Source: Octopus vulgaris (Eukaryota). From it: a stretch of 64,000 nucleotides of DNA. The number at the start of each line of letters is the position of its first letter. The stretch's first letter is position 1. The position numbers and the translations under genes were made by a program. This document shows positions 52,333 to 64,000 of this stretch, piece after piece. The stretch spans positions 204,662,001 to 204,726,000 of the forward strand of contig OX597814.1 of the NCBI GenBank assembly GCA_951406725.2. The letters run 5' to 3'. The notes below the pieces were generated by a model, which saw only the letters and a list, made by a program, of their open reading frames with translations, was not told the origin of the DNA and did not search any database.

Positions 52333-53828
52333 TCATCATCATCATCATCATCATCGTTTAACGTCCGCTTTCCGCGCTAGCACGGGTTGGACGGTTTGAC
52401 CGGGTCTGGGAAGCCAGGGGCCGCTCCAGGCTCCAGTCTGAATCTGGCAGAGTTTCTACGGCTGGATGCCCTTCCTAACGCCAACCACTCCGTGAGTGGA
52501 TTGGGTGCTTTTTACGTGCCACCTGCACAGGGGCCGGAGGGTCCGGCATCGTCACGATCGGTTCGAGCATTTTAACGTGTCAGCGGCACGGGGGCAACGA
52601 GGTCCGGGGTACTTTGGGGATCGGGGTACTTTGGGGATCCAGGGTACTTTGGGGATCCGGGGTACTTAGAATGGGTAGGGGGTATGTGGAATTGCTGCAG
52701 AAAGCAGCCCGGGTCTGGGTCCAGTTGAGGCGGGTAATATAGGGGAGCAACCAGTGGGGAAGGTTGGGGTTAGGGTTAGGGTTAAGGAGGAACGATGGCA
52801 GGAAGGGTTGGTGTAGGTTCCTAAGAAATAAAAACGTAGGATATTACGAGGCGGGAGGGTACTAAAAGGGGATGGTCAGATTGAGGCAGTGTCAGGAGGA
52901 AGCGTAAGATCGGTGGGCAGTTGATGAGCTATGGCGCTAGCAGCTTGTCTTTTCACAGTGAAAGCATATGAGGAAAGGGATAGTGGGGGGAGGAGGAGGG
53001 AGAAGGGCGTACCCGGTGTAGATGAGTAGGGCGTATCCGGTGTAGATGGTGAGAACAGGGTATACTGGTATTGGTGGTGGGGGTGAGAACAGTGTTCACC
53101 GGTATTGGTGGTGGCGGTGAGAACAGTGTTCACCGGTATTGGTGGTGGGGGTGAGAACAGTGTTCATCGGTATTGGTGGTGGGGGTGGGGGGGCGGACGC
53201 ACCGCCAATGGTGGAAAGAAGGGAAAAGATGGGATTACGGCTTGAGGTAGCCTAAGGTTAAATTTTGTAGAGTGAGAGATAGGAAAGATAAATCAAGTTA
53301 TGGCGAAGGCTTGAAAGTAGCCTAAAAGGTTAAATTTTCGTAAATTTTCGATGGGTAAGACGAATCAAGTTATCAATGTATGAATAAACGTAGTAACAAC
53401 GAATAAAAATAGTAAGATAAATTTTTAAGAACTTGCTGCGGGCATCGACCGGGAGTTGAAATTGAAGAAGAAGTAAGTTGAATTGGGAATTTAAATTGCA
53501 GAATCGTAATGGTAATGGCGATTTTCAAGTTTTAGCATAAGAAGAAGAAGAGGAGGAAAGACCGCCAATGGCGGAAAGAAGGGAAAAGATGGGATTACGG
53601 CTTGAGGTAGCCTAAGGTTAAATTTTGTAGAGAGAGATAGGAAAGATAAATCAAGTTATGCAGAGAGAGATAGTAAATTTTCGATGGGTAAAGATAAATC
53701 AAGTAAGATATGGCGAAGGCTTGAAAGTAGCCTAGCATGTGGGATGTGAGGTAGCCTAAGGTTAAATTTTGTAGAGAGAGAGATAGGAAAGATAAATCAA
53801 GTTATGGCGAAGGCTTGAAAGTAGCCTA
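52333..53828 (-). mobile_element. Composite 1.5-kb insert: family C tail plus G-rich minisatellites and 360-bp-spaced direct repeats
   Basis: (CAT)n tail and family C core at 52333-52590; 17/18-bp unit x3.5 at 52604-52667; 34-bp unit x3.5 from 53067; ~100-bp repeats at 53201 and 53561. Confidence 0.6.
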
Positions 53829-53845
53829 TGTGTGTGTGTGTATGT

Positions 53846-53889
<44 letters not shown>

Positions 53890-55647
53890 ATATTTCGGAA
53901 TGGTCATTTTGCCAGTTTAGCCAATATGTATATGTGTGTGTATATATATACACGTTGGGCTTCTTTCAGTTTCCGTCTATCAAATCCACTCACAAGGCTT
54001 TGGTTGGCCCGAGGCTATAGTAGAAGACACTTGCCCAAGGTGTCATGCAGTGGGACTGAACCCGAAGCTTCTCAACCACACAGCACACCTTTGGTTGTTT
54101 ATACAAATACTGTTATACTGGTGAGAGAGGGAAGAGTCTAGTTGATGAAATCAACCACAATATATGCCTGCTGTGCCCAATGATGGAAAACAATTTGAAT
54201 TCAGAAGGTAAAGATATAACTTTGCTAGTTTCTGTCATTCTAGTCCAGCCACCCTTCTTGGAATGGTTGGCATTAAGAAGGGCATCCAACTGTAGAAACT
54301 TTGCCAGATCAGATTGGAGCCTGGTACAGCCTTCTGGCTTGCCAGTCGTCAGTCAAGCCGTCCAACCCATGCCAGCATGGAAAGCAGATGTTAAATGATA
54401 ATGATGATGATTCAGTTCATATCATATGACAGTCCTTTTAAATATATGAAGCTGAAAACAGTTTCATTTGATTTGAAATTTCTATTAATTCTACTGGGTT
54501 TTTTAGTCTCTTTAAACCTCTTAGCATTCTGTCAAAAGTAAAGCTTTTTTATTCACTTTTATCATCATTATTATCATCATTTAACGTCTGCTTTCCATAC
54601 TGGTATGGATTGGACAATTTGACTGAGGACTGGCAAGCCAGGAAGATGTACCAGGCTCCAATCTGATTTGGTAAGGTTTCTACAGCTGGATGCCAACCAC
54701 TCCGAGAGTGTAGTGGGTACCTTTTATGTGCCACCGGCATGGGCATCAACTACATCTACAATTTCACTTGACTCAACACACAGCATATTGCCTGACGATA
54801 GAAGGGTATTTTTAAATCGGCCAGATATGCGATACTAACATCAGCCATGGCTATGATATCACTTGGCTTACCGAGTCTTCTTTCACTTAATCATATCATT
54901 ATCTTGTAGCTTTGAGATTTTGATGAGGTAGCTGTTAATGTTTAGAATCACATAGTAGGGTTGGCATGAGAGGCAAGATCTGGCAAATTTGAACATAAAA
55001 CTGCCTGTTATAGCTGGTTTAAATGCTGGCTTTTTTTTTATTTGTTTGCTTGTTTCATGCCTATTTTTCTATGTTAGCATCAGTTGGATGGATACATCAT
55101 CATTTTTATCATTTAACGTCTGTTTTCCATGCATCTGCCACGTTCGGATGGTGCTTTTTACGTGTCACCGGCACACCTATTTGAGAAACTATTTTCATTG
55201 CCAGGTTCCATTTCTTCCACCAACTCTTACCACTTTTTCAAGTAAGGGAATTTTTTTCGCAAAACTGCAGAGCTACAAAATGTATTATTTCACTTCAATG
55301 CAACCATGACAATTTTAAGTACTCTCATGTGAAGAAGTGAAAATGCCAATTTCATACACACAGGTATATATGTACACACACACACGCACACACACATATA
55401 ACAAGCTTCCTTACAGTTTTCCTTCACCAGTTAAAATCAGAAGGCATTCGTTATCCTACAGTAGGAGGAAAATTACACAATGTGCCATGCAGTCATGAAC
55501 CTAAAACTACGTAGTTACAAAGCAAACTACTTACATGCATAACCATGACTAAAACTGTTTCTTTTTCTTCTTCTTCTTCATCATCATCAGTTGTTTTCCA
55601 TATTGGCAAGCCAGTGAGTTGCATCAGGCTCCAATTTTTTTTTTTTT

Positions 55648-56041
55648 GGCATCTTTTCGGTTTGGACAGCAATTTTTTCTAGTGTTGTCATCTGAAATTG
55701 TCACCCATAATTATGACCCTAGTAACGATCGATTGCATTTCAATCTGTTTTAGGGTTAGGGGGAAGGGTATCTTTTTTTTTCTTCACAAATGTAAATAAA
55801 CCCAATCTGTTTCTTAAACGAGGGACATATTCATACAGCACATGTTTTCACCTCAATAGACGTCATTGATTGGTTGAAATTGAAGAAAAAAAAACAAATA
55901 TCTTACAAACTATAGAATTTTCTCAATAAAGCCAAGAGAAAAAGATGTTTTATAAACACATTCTACCAGTATATGAAGTTTAAAAGTGTTTAGTTACGTG
56001 GAACTTATTTTAAAAAACTGCCGTTCAAACCGAAAGGATCC
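55648..56041. mobile_element. Longer GGATC-family MITE
   Basis: Shares cacctcaatagacgtcattgattggttgaaattg and the right TIR with 43132-43428; TSD not recognisable. Confidence 0.75.
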
Positions 56042-56799
56042 GAAAGTCCTCCCTAACAAAAGCCACTTTACAGAGTGTATGGTGTGCTTTTTATCTCATA
56101 CTCGTGGAGTTGCTATCCATAAATTTCTTCAAGTTGTAGTTAAACTTATAAATTAATGTGGCATAGAATGAGAATGTATTTGTGTTAAGATTCTTAGAAT
56201 TTATTTCCAGTTAATTATGTGATATCAAACTAAAACCACTGTTGAGCTTATAGACTGAACTCTCAATGTCCTTTGTACTGTCTCCAATTTTAGTTTCCAC
56301 TGTGGTACTTTGAAATGAAAACCCTGTCCTGTTGTGGATCATAAATTTCATTTGCACTTCGTACTTGATTTCCCATTTCTGACTTTGATGTTCCTTCCTT
56401 TGACCAAAACATTCCAGTATTCCTCAACTTTGATCCTTATTGGTCTTCCCATACTTTTTTTTACTTGCTAAGTCAAAATTTTACAAAAAGAAAAAAAAAG
56501 GCATTGATTGTATAAACTGTTTTTCAGTACTCATTCCTGTCAAAACTTAGGATGGAGACAAGTATTACTCCTCCTGAATACTCTTCTTGTCTTTATTACT
56601 GTTGGTGACCTTACTTGGTGCTGGTGTCACATAAAAAAGTAGCCAGTACACTCTGTAAATTAGTTGGCATTAGGAAGGACATCAAGCTGTAGAAATCATA
56701 CCCAAGCAGACACTGGAGCTCAGTTCTGTCTTCAGGTTCAGCAGCTCCTATCGAACCGTCCAACACATACCAGCATTGAACACAGACGCTAGATTATAT

Positions 56800-57200
56800 T
56801 ACTCTTTTACTTGTTTCAGTCATTTGACTGTGGCCATGCTGGAGCACCGCCTTTAGTCTAGCAAATCGACCCCAGGACTTATTCTTTGGAAGCCTAGTAC
56901 TTATTATATTGGTCTCTTTTGCTGAACTGCTAAGTTACGGGGACGTAAACACACCACCATCGGTTGTCAAGCGATGTTGGGGGGGACAAACACAGACACA
57001 CAAACATATACACACACATACATATATATACATATATGCGACGGGCTTCTTTCAGTTTCCGTCTACCAAATCCATTCACAAGTCTTTGGTCGGCCCGAGA
57101 CTATAGTAGAAGACACTTGCCCAAGGTGCCACACAGTGGGAATGAACCCGGAACCATGTGGTTGGTAAGCAAGCTACTTACCACACAGCGACTCCTGCAC
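56800..57200 (-). mobile_element. Family B SINE, full length
   Basis: Complete head-to-tail copy, reverse orientation. Confidence 0.85.
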
Positions 57201-57846
57201 CTATGGTGATGATAACAACAAGTAATTACTATCAGGAATTCATTCTTTTAAAATATCCTAACTTCCTAAAAGGAAAGACAGATTGGAACAGTTGTCTTGT
57301 TGTAGAGGATCATTTGATATTTTATTGCTATCTTGTAAAGACGAAAACTGTCTCCATTGAGATAGACTGTGAAATATCTGTGCCAACAACCTCTATGCGG
57401 GTCTCTTGACCTGCTAGAAATCCAAATTTTCCTCATTTCACATCAAACTATTTTTCAAAAGAGAAAAAAGTGGGGGAATGACATATTAGATAGTCTTAGT
57501 TACTCCTTATGGTCATGGCTGGATGCCTTTAATTATTAAGTTTGCAGCTTCAGTGGGCTGGCTGACCTAGGAGCTGACAAGATAGGTTTATATTTATAAG
57601 TATGTTATCAGTAAACATGTGACCTAAATTTCAGTTAAAACATTTTTTTTTTTTACTTAAGCTAAATAAAGTCTCTTAATAAAGACTCCATTCAATGACA
57701 ATAAAGTTGATTGTAAGAATATTTTTGAGCTCTTTTTTCTGTCTGATTCAAGAGTTTCTGTACAGTACTTGTTCTCTAACTAATGCTCTTGAAATAGCTA
57801 AATAGTGGTAAACTCCTGCAGTAGAATCACTTTGAAATATATAATT

Positions 57847-57935
57847 TCTTCTTCTTCTTCTTCTTCTCCTTCTTCTTCTTCTTCTTCTTCTTCTTCTTCT
57901 TCTTCTTCTTCTTCTTCTCCTCCTCCTTCTCCTTC
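57847..57935. repeat. (CTT)n microsatellite
   Basis: Direct inspection; grades into CCT/CCA repeats at a SINE tail. Confidence 0.9.
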
Positions 57936-58783
57936 TCCTACCACCACCACTGTCATTTAACGTCCGTTTTCCATGCTAGCATGGGTTGGACGGTTTGATA
58001 GGCGCATGAAAGCAGGAGAACTGCACCAGGCTCCAATTGCCTGTTTTGACATGGCTGGATGCCATTCTTAATGCCAACCACTTTACTGAATGTACTGGGT
58101 GCTTTTTATGTGGCACCATCACTAGTGGGGTTGCCAATTTGTGTACAGAAATGCAATTTGTATATAATTGGTTTTAGGTCTATAGAACAAGTCTGGTGAT
58201 TGACTAAAGCTTTTCTTTTATTAGTAGTCAGTACTCTTCTTTGCTGAGGCTTTAATATTTATTTGTATTGGTTTGGTTTTCACTGCACTAAGAAATAACA
58301 TTTAAAAAAACATATTCTTAATATGTTCCAACAGATCTAAGCTATTCATTTTCAAGTCTGCTGGAATATATTACAAATAAATATGCATGTCATTGTTTTG
58401 AGTCTTACTGTTCACCATGGATATGAGGATTTATTAGCACTTGGCAGATATCAGCAAATGATTTATTTGCTGAAATTATAAAGAAGAGCCATGAACTCTT
58501 GTTCGATTCATTAGTCCAGAGTGCTTTTACTGATGAGACACAATGATGTCAAAACATCGGATGTCCCAAGGTCTCCTTATGCTAATGAATCAAGTATGTT
58601 AGTGACACGCATTTGTCTCAAAAGAGTTGTCCAATGATAAAACACAACAGTAGTTCACATTTTCATGTTTGAACCTGTTGGAACATATTAAGAATAAATA
58701 TACTCGCCATTGTTTTGCTTCTCACTGTTCACATTGTATACAACGATTTATTATTATTATTTTTTTCTCTTCTATTATTTCAG

Positions 58784-58921
58784 GTTGGAAAGTTACTCGT
58801 GTAAGATGGCTGGAAGTGATAAAAGATTATTTAAAGCAATTAGCACTGATGGTGGTTTCTCTCCAAATGACTTACAAGCATTATCCCCGCCACAGGGTCT
58901 AATTTCACAGAGCCCAAACCA
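58784..58921 (+). CDS. MAF1: MAF1 coding exon 2
   Basis: tattatttcag|(R)[45 protein letters not shown](Q)|gtaagt; ESYSCK motif and LSPPQ; 138 nt, phase 2/2. Confidence 0.97.
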
Positions 58922-59439
58922 GTAAGTTGACTTCTATTGAATATTTTAATTAACTGCTTGTTATAATTTGCTCTTTGAAAATAATTGCTATTAATTGCTA
59001 TTTAATACTTGATATGTTGACATAGGTTGAGTATATCGTCATTTGTCATGGTGTATTGTGGTTCAGTTCTAATGCACAGCATCCTGGACAAGTGTCTTCT
59101 ATTATAAGTGATACACAGTGGTGGGCTGGGTCTAAAAATATTGGTTGCCAAGAGATTAAGGGGGCCCACCCGCAACTACAGTGCTATCATTTAATTTTTT
59201 TTTTTTTTTTGTTAAAAGTATTCTTTTCAACTGACTACAAACACAGGCTGAAATAATTCATGCATTCTTCCGGCAGTGAATAAAAAATTCTCAGACTTGA
59301 GGGCATGGGTCCCCCATATGTGGATTCTAATGGCGCAGGGGCCCACTTGCCTTCGGGCATGCTGGCATCCTGGCCAGTCCACCACTGGTGATACATATAA
59401 AAAGGAATTCTTCAACATGAATGGAAATTGTCGCTGTGA

Positions 59440-59758
59440 TATCAGTGCTGGTGGCACATAAGAGAACCATCCAAACGTGGCCGTTGCCAGTGCCGCCTTG
59501 ACTGGCTTCCATGCCGGTGGCACATAAAAAGCACCATCCGACTGTGGCCGTTTGCCAGGCTTGTCTGGCACCTGTGCAGGTGGCATGTAAAAAGCACCCA
59601 CTACACTCATGGACTGGTTGGCGTTAGGAAGGGCATCCAGCCGTAGAAACATTGCCAGATCAGACTGGGCCTGGTGCAGCCTTCTGGCTCCCCAGACCCC
59701 AGTTGCACCATCCAACCCATGCCAGCATGGAAAGCGGAGGCTAAACGATGATGATGAT
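59440..59758 (+). mobile_element. Family C SINE in MAF1 intron 2
   Basis: Family C core with subrepeats and (GAT)n tail. Confidence 0.85.
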
Positions 59759-59975
59759 GTATAGACATAATACCTCTGATTTATATAATAGAGTAGAAGA
59801 GAAGGGGGCATTTTCAAGGACATTAGCAATGTAATAGTTTAGAAATAGCAATGTCCAGACACGTGGGTTAAATATGTCTATTAAAATGATTGTGTTAAAG
59901 TTGTTTTTCCTGATTCTGTTTAATGTTCCAGTGAGTTTGAAGATCAATCTGATTGAGTGTAAACTTTCTTTTCAG

Positions 59976-60138
59976 ACTAACTTCACATAGTTACAGCGAT
60001 GGAGAAGGGCCTCTTTGTGATACAATATCCACAAAGACATTGTTTTATTTGATCTCCACATTGAATGTTTCTTTCCAACCAGACTATGATTTCAGCAAAG
60101 CCAAAAGTGAAGAATTCAGTAAAGAATTCTCTGTACAG
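59976..60138 (+). CDS. MAF1: MAF1 coding exon 3
   Basis: ctttcttttcag|[54 protein letters not shown]|gtacac; KTLFYLI.TLN.SF.PDYDFS signature; 163 nt, phase 2/0. Confidence 0.97.
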
Positions 60139-62269
60139 GTACACTTTAACACCTTCAACTCTTCCTTTCTCAGGTACTTTTGGTTGGTGTATGTTTGGGA
60201 AGAAACTGGCTGTAAGGTACCTCTGTTCATGTGGGTTCCCTCTATCTCATTATTGTTTGTTTTCGTTTCATTCTGTACCCGCACATCAAGAGAGAGCAAG
60301 TTTGAAATACATAAAGTCAGATTAGCTTGATTTCCTAATGAAATTTACTGGATAATATGAGATATAACAGATAGAACATAAAAATACAACAGTACAAATG
60401 AAAACTAAAAAAATATAATCATATTCCCTAAATACCTTTAATATCAACTCACCTTTTTTAAAATGACTTCCTTAAAAATTTAATGTTAATTTATCTCCTA
60501 GACATCACCTTAGTTGCTATATAGTAAATAAGTAAATATAGGAAAATAAAGGCTATCAGATCTCTGGTTTGAATGTAAGAAATATATAAATATGGAAACT
60601 TGTTAGTTTCAAAGTATTTCTAAGCCAAATATAAAACAAATAACTGCATTGGAGGTAGCTTTCAAAATATGCTTCTTTTTGTTGTATATAATTGACATTT
60701 TTGTGAATACGAAAATTTTAATTTTCTAATTAACTAGACGTTTATTAAGCAGCATTGACTGAAATATAGGTTTATACAATTACATTTAATATGTTTGTGT
60801 ACACTTGAATATGGAAAAAATCCTTTGCTGCTAAAAATGTCTTAAGAGAGAAATTCTCCTTATAAACAGTGTTTGTGAAAAGTACCCCATTGGACCATAA
60901 ATGATTGTAGGACACGTATTTCTGTGTCACATTGGGATGTACAATTAGAGAAACCCATAGTGATTTGGTATTAAGAAGGTAGCAGAAACACTGCCTGCTG
61001 AGCAGTATTTTACTAATGTGTGTCGTATTTGCTTGTGCAAAACTGTTGTGCATGTCTGCCAATATGTATAAAGCTTAGAATGAAAAATTTCTGAGTAATT
61101 TTGATATTTTCTCTGATATTCTCAAAACATTTCAAAGAAATGCTTTGTAATCACTTATTTTTAATTAAACAATTGAATAAAGGTGATGGGGAGAGAGAGA
61201 GAGAGAGAGAGAAAAATGTTTTGAGGAAAGAAAGTGAAAGTATTAGAACGAGCAAGGGGAAGATGAAAAGTATTAAATGAAATAACAGGGAAATGGATGC
61301 AACCAAAGTTTGTGTGTGAGAGAGAGAGGGGGAGAAAGACACACACACACAAACAGACAGAAAGAGAGAAGAGGGAAAGAGAAAGACTAATTGGAATAGA
61401 GGTTGATAAACAAACAGGAGCTAGAAAGAGAGAGAGAGAGAGAGAATGTTGCAAAGTAATGGTAGAAGAAAAGGGATACAAATGTAAGACATTCAAAAAT
61501 GTATGTCACATTGAATAAAAATTAGTTTTCTGACTGAAGCATGTTTTTGAAATCTTCAATAATAACAGAATTTTGAAAACTACAGTTTGATAAAAAAAAA
61601 TATATTAAAATTGGAATTTATAAGAATTTTAGAGAAAGTGTAAACTTTAAAAATTGCCTTCTTTTAGTACAGTTACATACTTGCAACAAATTAGCAGCTT
61701 TATTTATCATAGTATAAATGGCACACTTAAATTATAGTTTTATTTCTATATATTTTATTTTTTACAAAAAATATAATTCATTTTAGAATGTATTGAAGTA
61801 TTTCAAATTAAAGTCAAGAGGTAATTAAATAAGTTTAGAATGTTTATTGATCTTTTAAAAATAGATCGACATTGCTAATATTTTTTGATGGACCTACTTG
61901 CACACACACGTGCGCTTTTAAGAGTAGATGAACATTGCTATTTTTATGAATCTATTTGCATACACATGTACATATATACACGCAAACACAATTATTTGCA
62001 TATGCATGCTTTGTTCACATGCATACATACACGTAAAAGAATTAAAAAAAAACAAATCCAAAAAGACTTGTAGCTCTTTGGCAAAAATTCTTAGTGGAAT
62101 TTGCAGATTTTGAGGGTCAGACCCTCCTCCACCAAACATTAGTTTGCTCTTCTCTCTCTTGTATACAACAAACTCATCCAAATTTACAAACTTCACTACT
62201 TATACATACGTACATATACACACACACACCTACATGCATACACACACACACACACACGGTATGTCTCTG

Positions 62270-62430
62270 CCCCGTGGTTCATACCTTGCCGTGGTGGGGT
62301 GGCTTGTGTGCCTCTATGACCCAGAGAGCTATGCCAACTGGAGTTTACACTCCTGGTAGGGTCACCCATGTTGGACAGGTCAATGGGTAGAGGACAGACG
62401 AATATGAACCTCCTCTCCCCGAGGTTAAAG
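62270..62430 (+). mobile_element. RTE-clade 5' UTR-like fragment
   Basis: CCTTGCCGTGGTGGGGTGGCTTGTGTGCCTCTATGAC...GAGCTATGCC...TAGGGTCACCCATG...GGACAGGTCA resembles my recollection of the conserved 5' end of BovB/Expander-type RTE elements. Confidence 0.55.
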
Positions 62431-62716
62431 GGGTCGGCTATTTGGTTTTTTACAGAGTGGCTTGTGTTTCTGATTGTTTAAGTGAAAGGCTTTGACTGAA
62501 GACCCGACCTTACTTCCTGTCAGTTGTTTAACTTACACAAGGGGGAAATTGTGCTGCAGCCGTGAAAGGATGACATAAAACATGGAAGGTATTCTTGAGT
62601 GATACATTGGCAGCAGTGTTGTTGTTGTTGAGTGACCAAGAGATTGTTAGTGTGTCTTTGTGAAAGAAAATTCCTTACTGTTTGTAGTTGTTTGTTTATG
62701 TTACTTTGTTTATCAG

Positions 62717-62841
62717 AGTGTGGTGAATACGATAAACAACCAACTGTCTGCCGTTATCGGGGACTCCTTCAGTGTGTTTAAGCAGCAACTTTGGGCAACC
62801 ATCGACGAAGAGATTTCTTTAACTGATTGTGACATCTTCAG
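62717..62841 (+). CDS. MAF1: MAF1 coding exon 4 (gene continues beyond the window)
   Basis: tttgtttatcag|SVVNTINNQLSAVIGDSFSVFKQQLWATIDEEISLTDCDIF(S/R)|gtaaat; LW..IDEEI.L..CDI motif; 125 nt, phase 0/2. Confidence 0.97.
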
Positions 62842-64000
62842 GTAAATATATTCTCTCCCTTCTCTCTATGTATTTGTCGGTCGTTTTGATTTATTGACTA
62901 TTGGAGTTCAATTTGTAAAGGAAGAAAAAGTGCTCAACCACTTGCTCGTTAACTTCATGAGCAAGTTGTTCTGTTGATCAGCTCGACTGGAACACTCACT
63001 GTTGTAACCTGTGGAGTGTCAGCTTTTTACTGGGTGCTTTTTATGTGTCACCAAGTAACTTGCAAGACAAAACCCCTCAACTGAACAGGGACATGTAGTA
63101 GTGAGGGCAATGACTTTATGCCAGGTGTCTAGAGGTTAAAGTATGATAGAGGGACAGAAACAGGTGTCTTGCACTAGGGGGGAGACACACATACATTGTT
63201 TAATGTTTACTTTTCCATGTTTGCTTGGATTGAACAGAATTTGTTGAGGTAGATTTTCTACGGTTGGATGGCTCTTCCTGTTGCCAACCCTTCTGTTTCC
63301 AAGTAAGGTAATATTTCCCTGAGACCAGACATGTTTTCACAGAAGACTGGAAATGGATGACACTTGTGATGTGAAGACAAAGAGCAACTCTAATCTCCAA
63401 GTTTGTTTATCTATTTGTGGAGAAAGATAGTGTATAGGGAAACTTATGTAACAGGTAAGCTTACCAGGGAGCCTCCATGACTTATTCGATCTATCAGAGA
63501 CAGCAATCAAATCTCCCCCAAATAACACCCTTTTGTCTTAAAATATATAGAATACATTGGATGATGATGTGCTAAATATACTATGTACAAAGAGGCAGCA
63601 TGGTCAGGATTGGAACGTCCTTAATCATAGAAGTAAAGAAAGACAACTTGTAAAATAGACTGCCACTCTATAGTGGAGTAGAGTTATCTTGCAGATCTGT
63701 GGCTTGCCAGTTCCTGTCAAACCATCCAACCTATGCCAGGAAAACGGATGTTAATAGATGATGATTGTAATTGTGAAATTAGAGCAGTAACGATTCTTTA
63801 TGCACAATTAGATAAATAAATTAGTGTAATGTCAATTCTAGTAATAATAATTCTTTTGAATGGTCAGATATTTCTTAATATTTTTTATCTTTTTAGTCAA
63901 TAGTTGGCAGCAATACTGAAAACACAAACATTTCTGTGTATATTTGTAATAATGGATTAAGCATCATCATCATCATCATCAACCCAAAACTGATGCCTAT

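Noticed and set aside
53067-53190. 34-bp periodic repeat resembling a CRISPR array
   Set aside because: Units are contiguous with no unique spacers, there are no cas genes, and the context is eukaryotic. It is a minisatellite.
52766-55761. TTAGGG hexamers as interstitial telomere or fusion scar
   Set aside because: Only two perfect units at each of two sites, both embedded in transposon-derived sequence.
47103-58783. Functional link between MAF1 (Pol III repressor) and the many Pol III-type SINEs in its intron
   Set aside because: SINE density is no higher than in the NTF2 introns or intergenic DNA, so the association is not informative.
59227-59829. Longest ORF in the track (200 aa, minus strand)
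   Set aside because: It reads through a family C SINE; the same LDALPNANH peptide appears in many other short ORFs. It has no independent coding signal.

Overview
AT-rich, microsatellite- and SINE-dense eukaryotic DNA. The repeat families look like those of an octopod cephalopod (Octopus-like); this is inferred from sequence recognition, not a database search. Two intron-containing genes could be assembled by hand with canonical GT-AG boundaries and consistent phases. (1) A complete NTF2/NUTF2-family gene on the minus strand (coding exons 27428-27535, 17849-17917, 13443-13541, 8350-8469; 131 aa). (2) The first four coding exons of MAF1, the RNA polymerase III repressor, on the plus strand (47020-47102, 58784-58921, 59976-60138, 62717-62841; it continues past the window). 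A probable terminal exon of an unidentified plus-strand gene lies at 23-172. The rest is mostly transposon-derived: several tRNA-headed or LINE-tailed SINE families, a decayed RTE LINE, CR1-like 3' ends, an inverted pair of CRE-like fragments, MITEs with verifiable TSDs, and Penelope-like fold-backs carrying hammerhead-ribozyme-like motifs. Nearly all ORFs in the supplied track are spurious. No clear new multi-gene system is evident. The best leads are a near-intact hammerhead motif on the sense strand of NTF2 intron 1, an 18-nt SINE-complementary stretch inside NTF2 exon 3, a 2x2 head/tail SINE shuffle, and a 1.5-kb minisatellite-rich composite insert in MAF1 intron 1.
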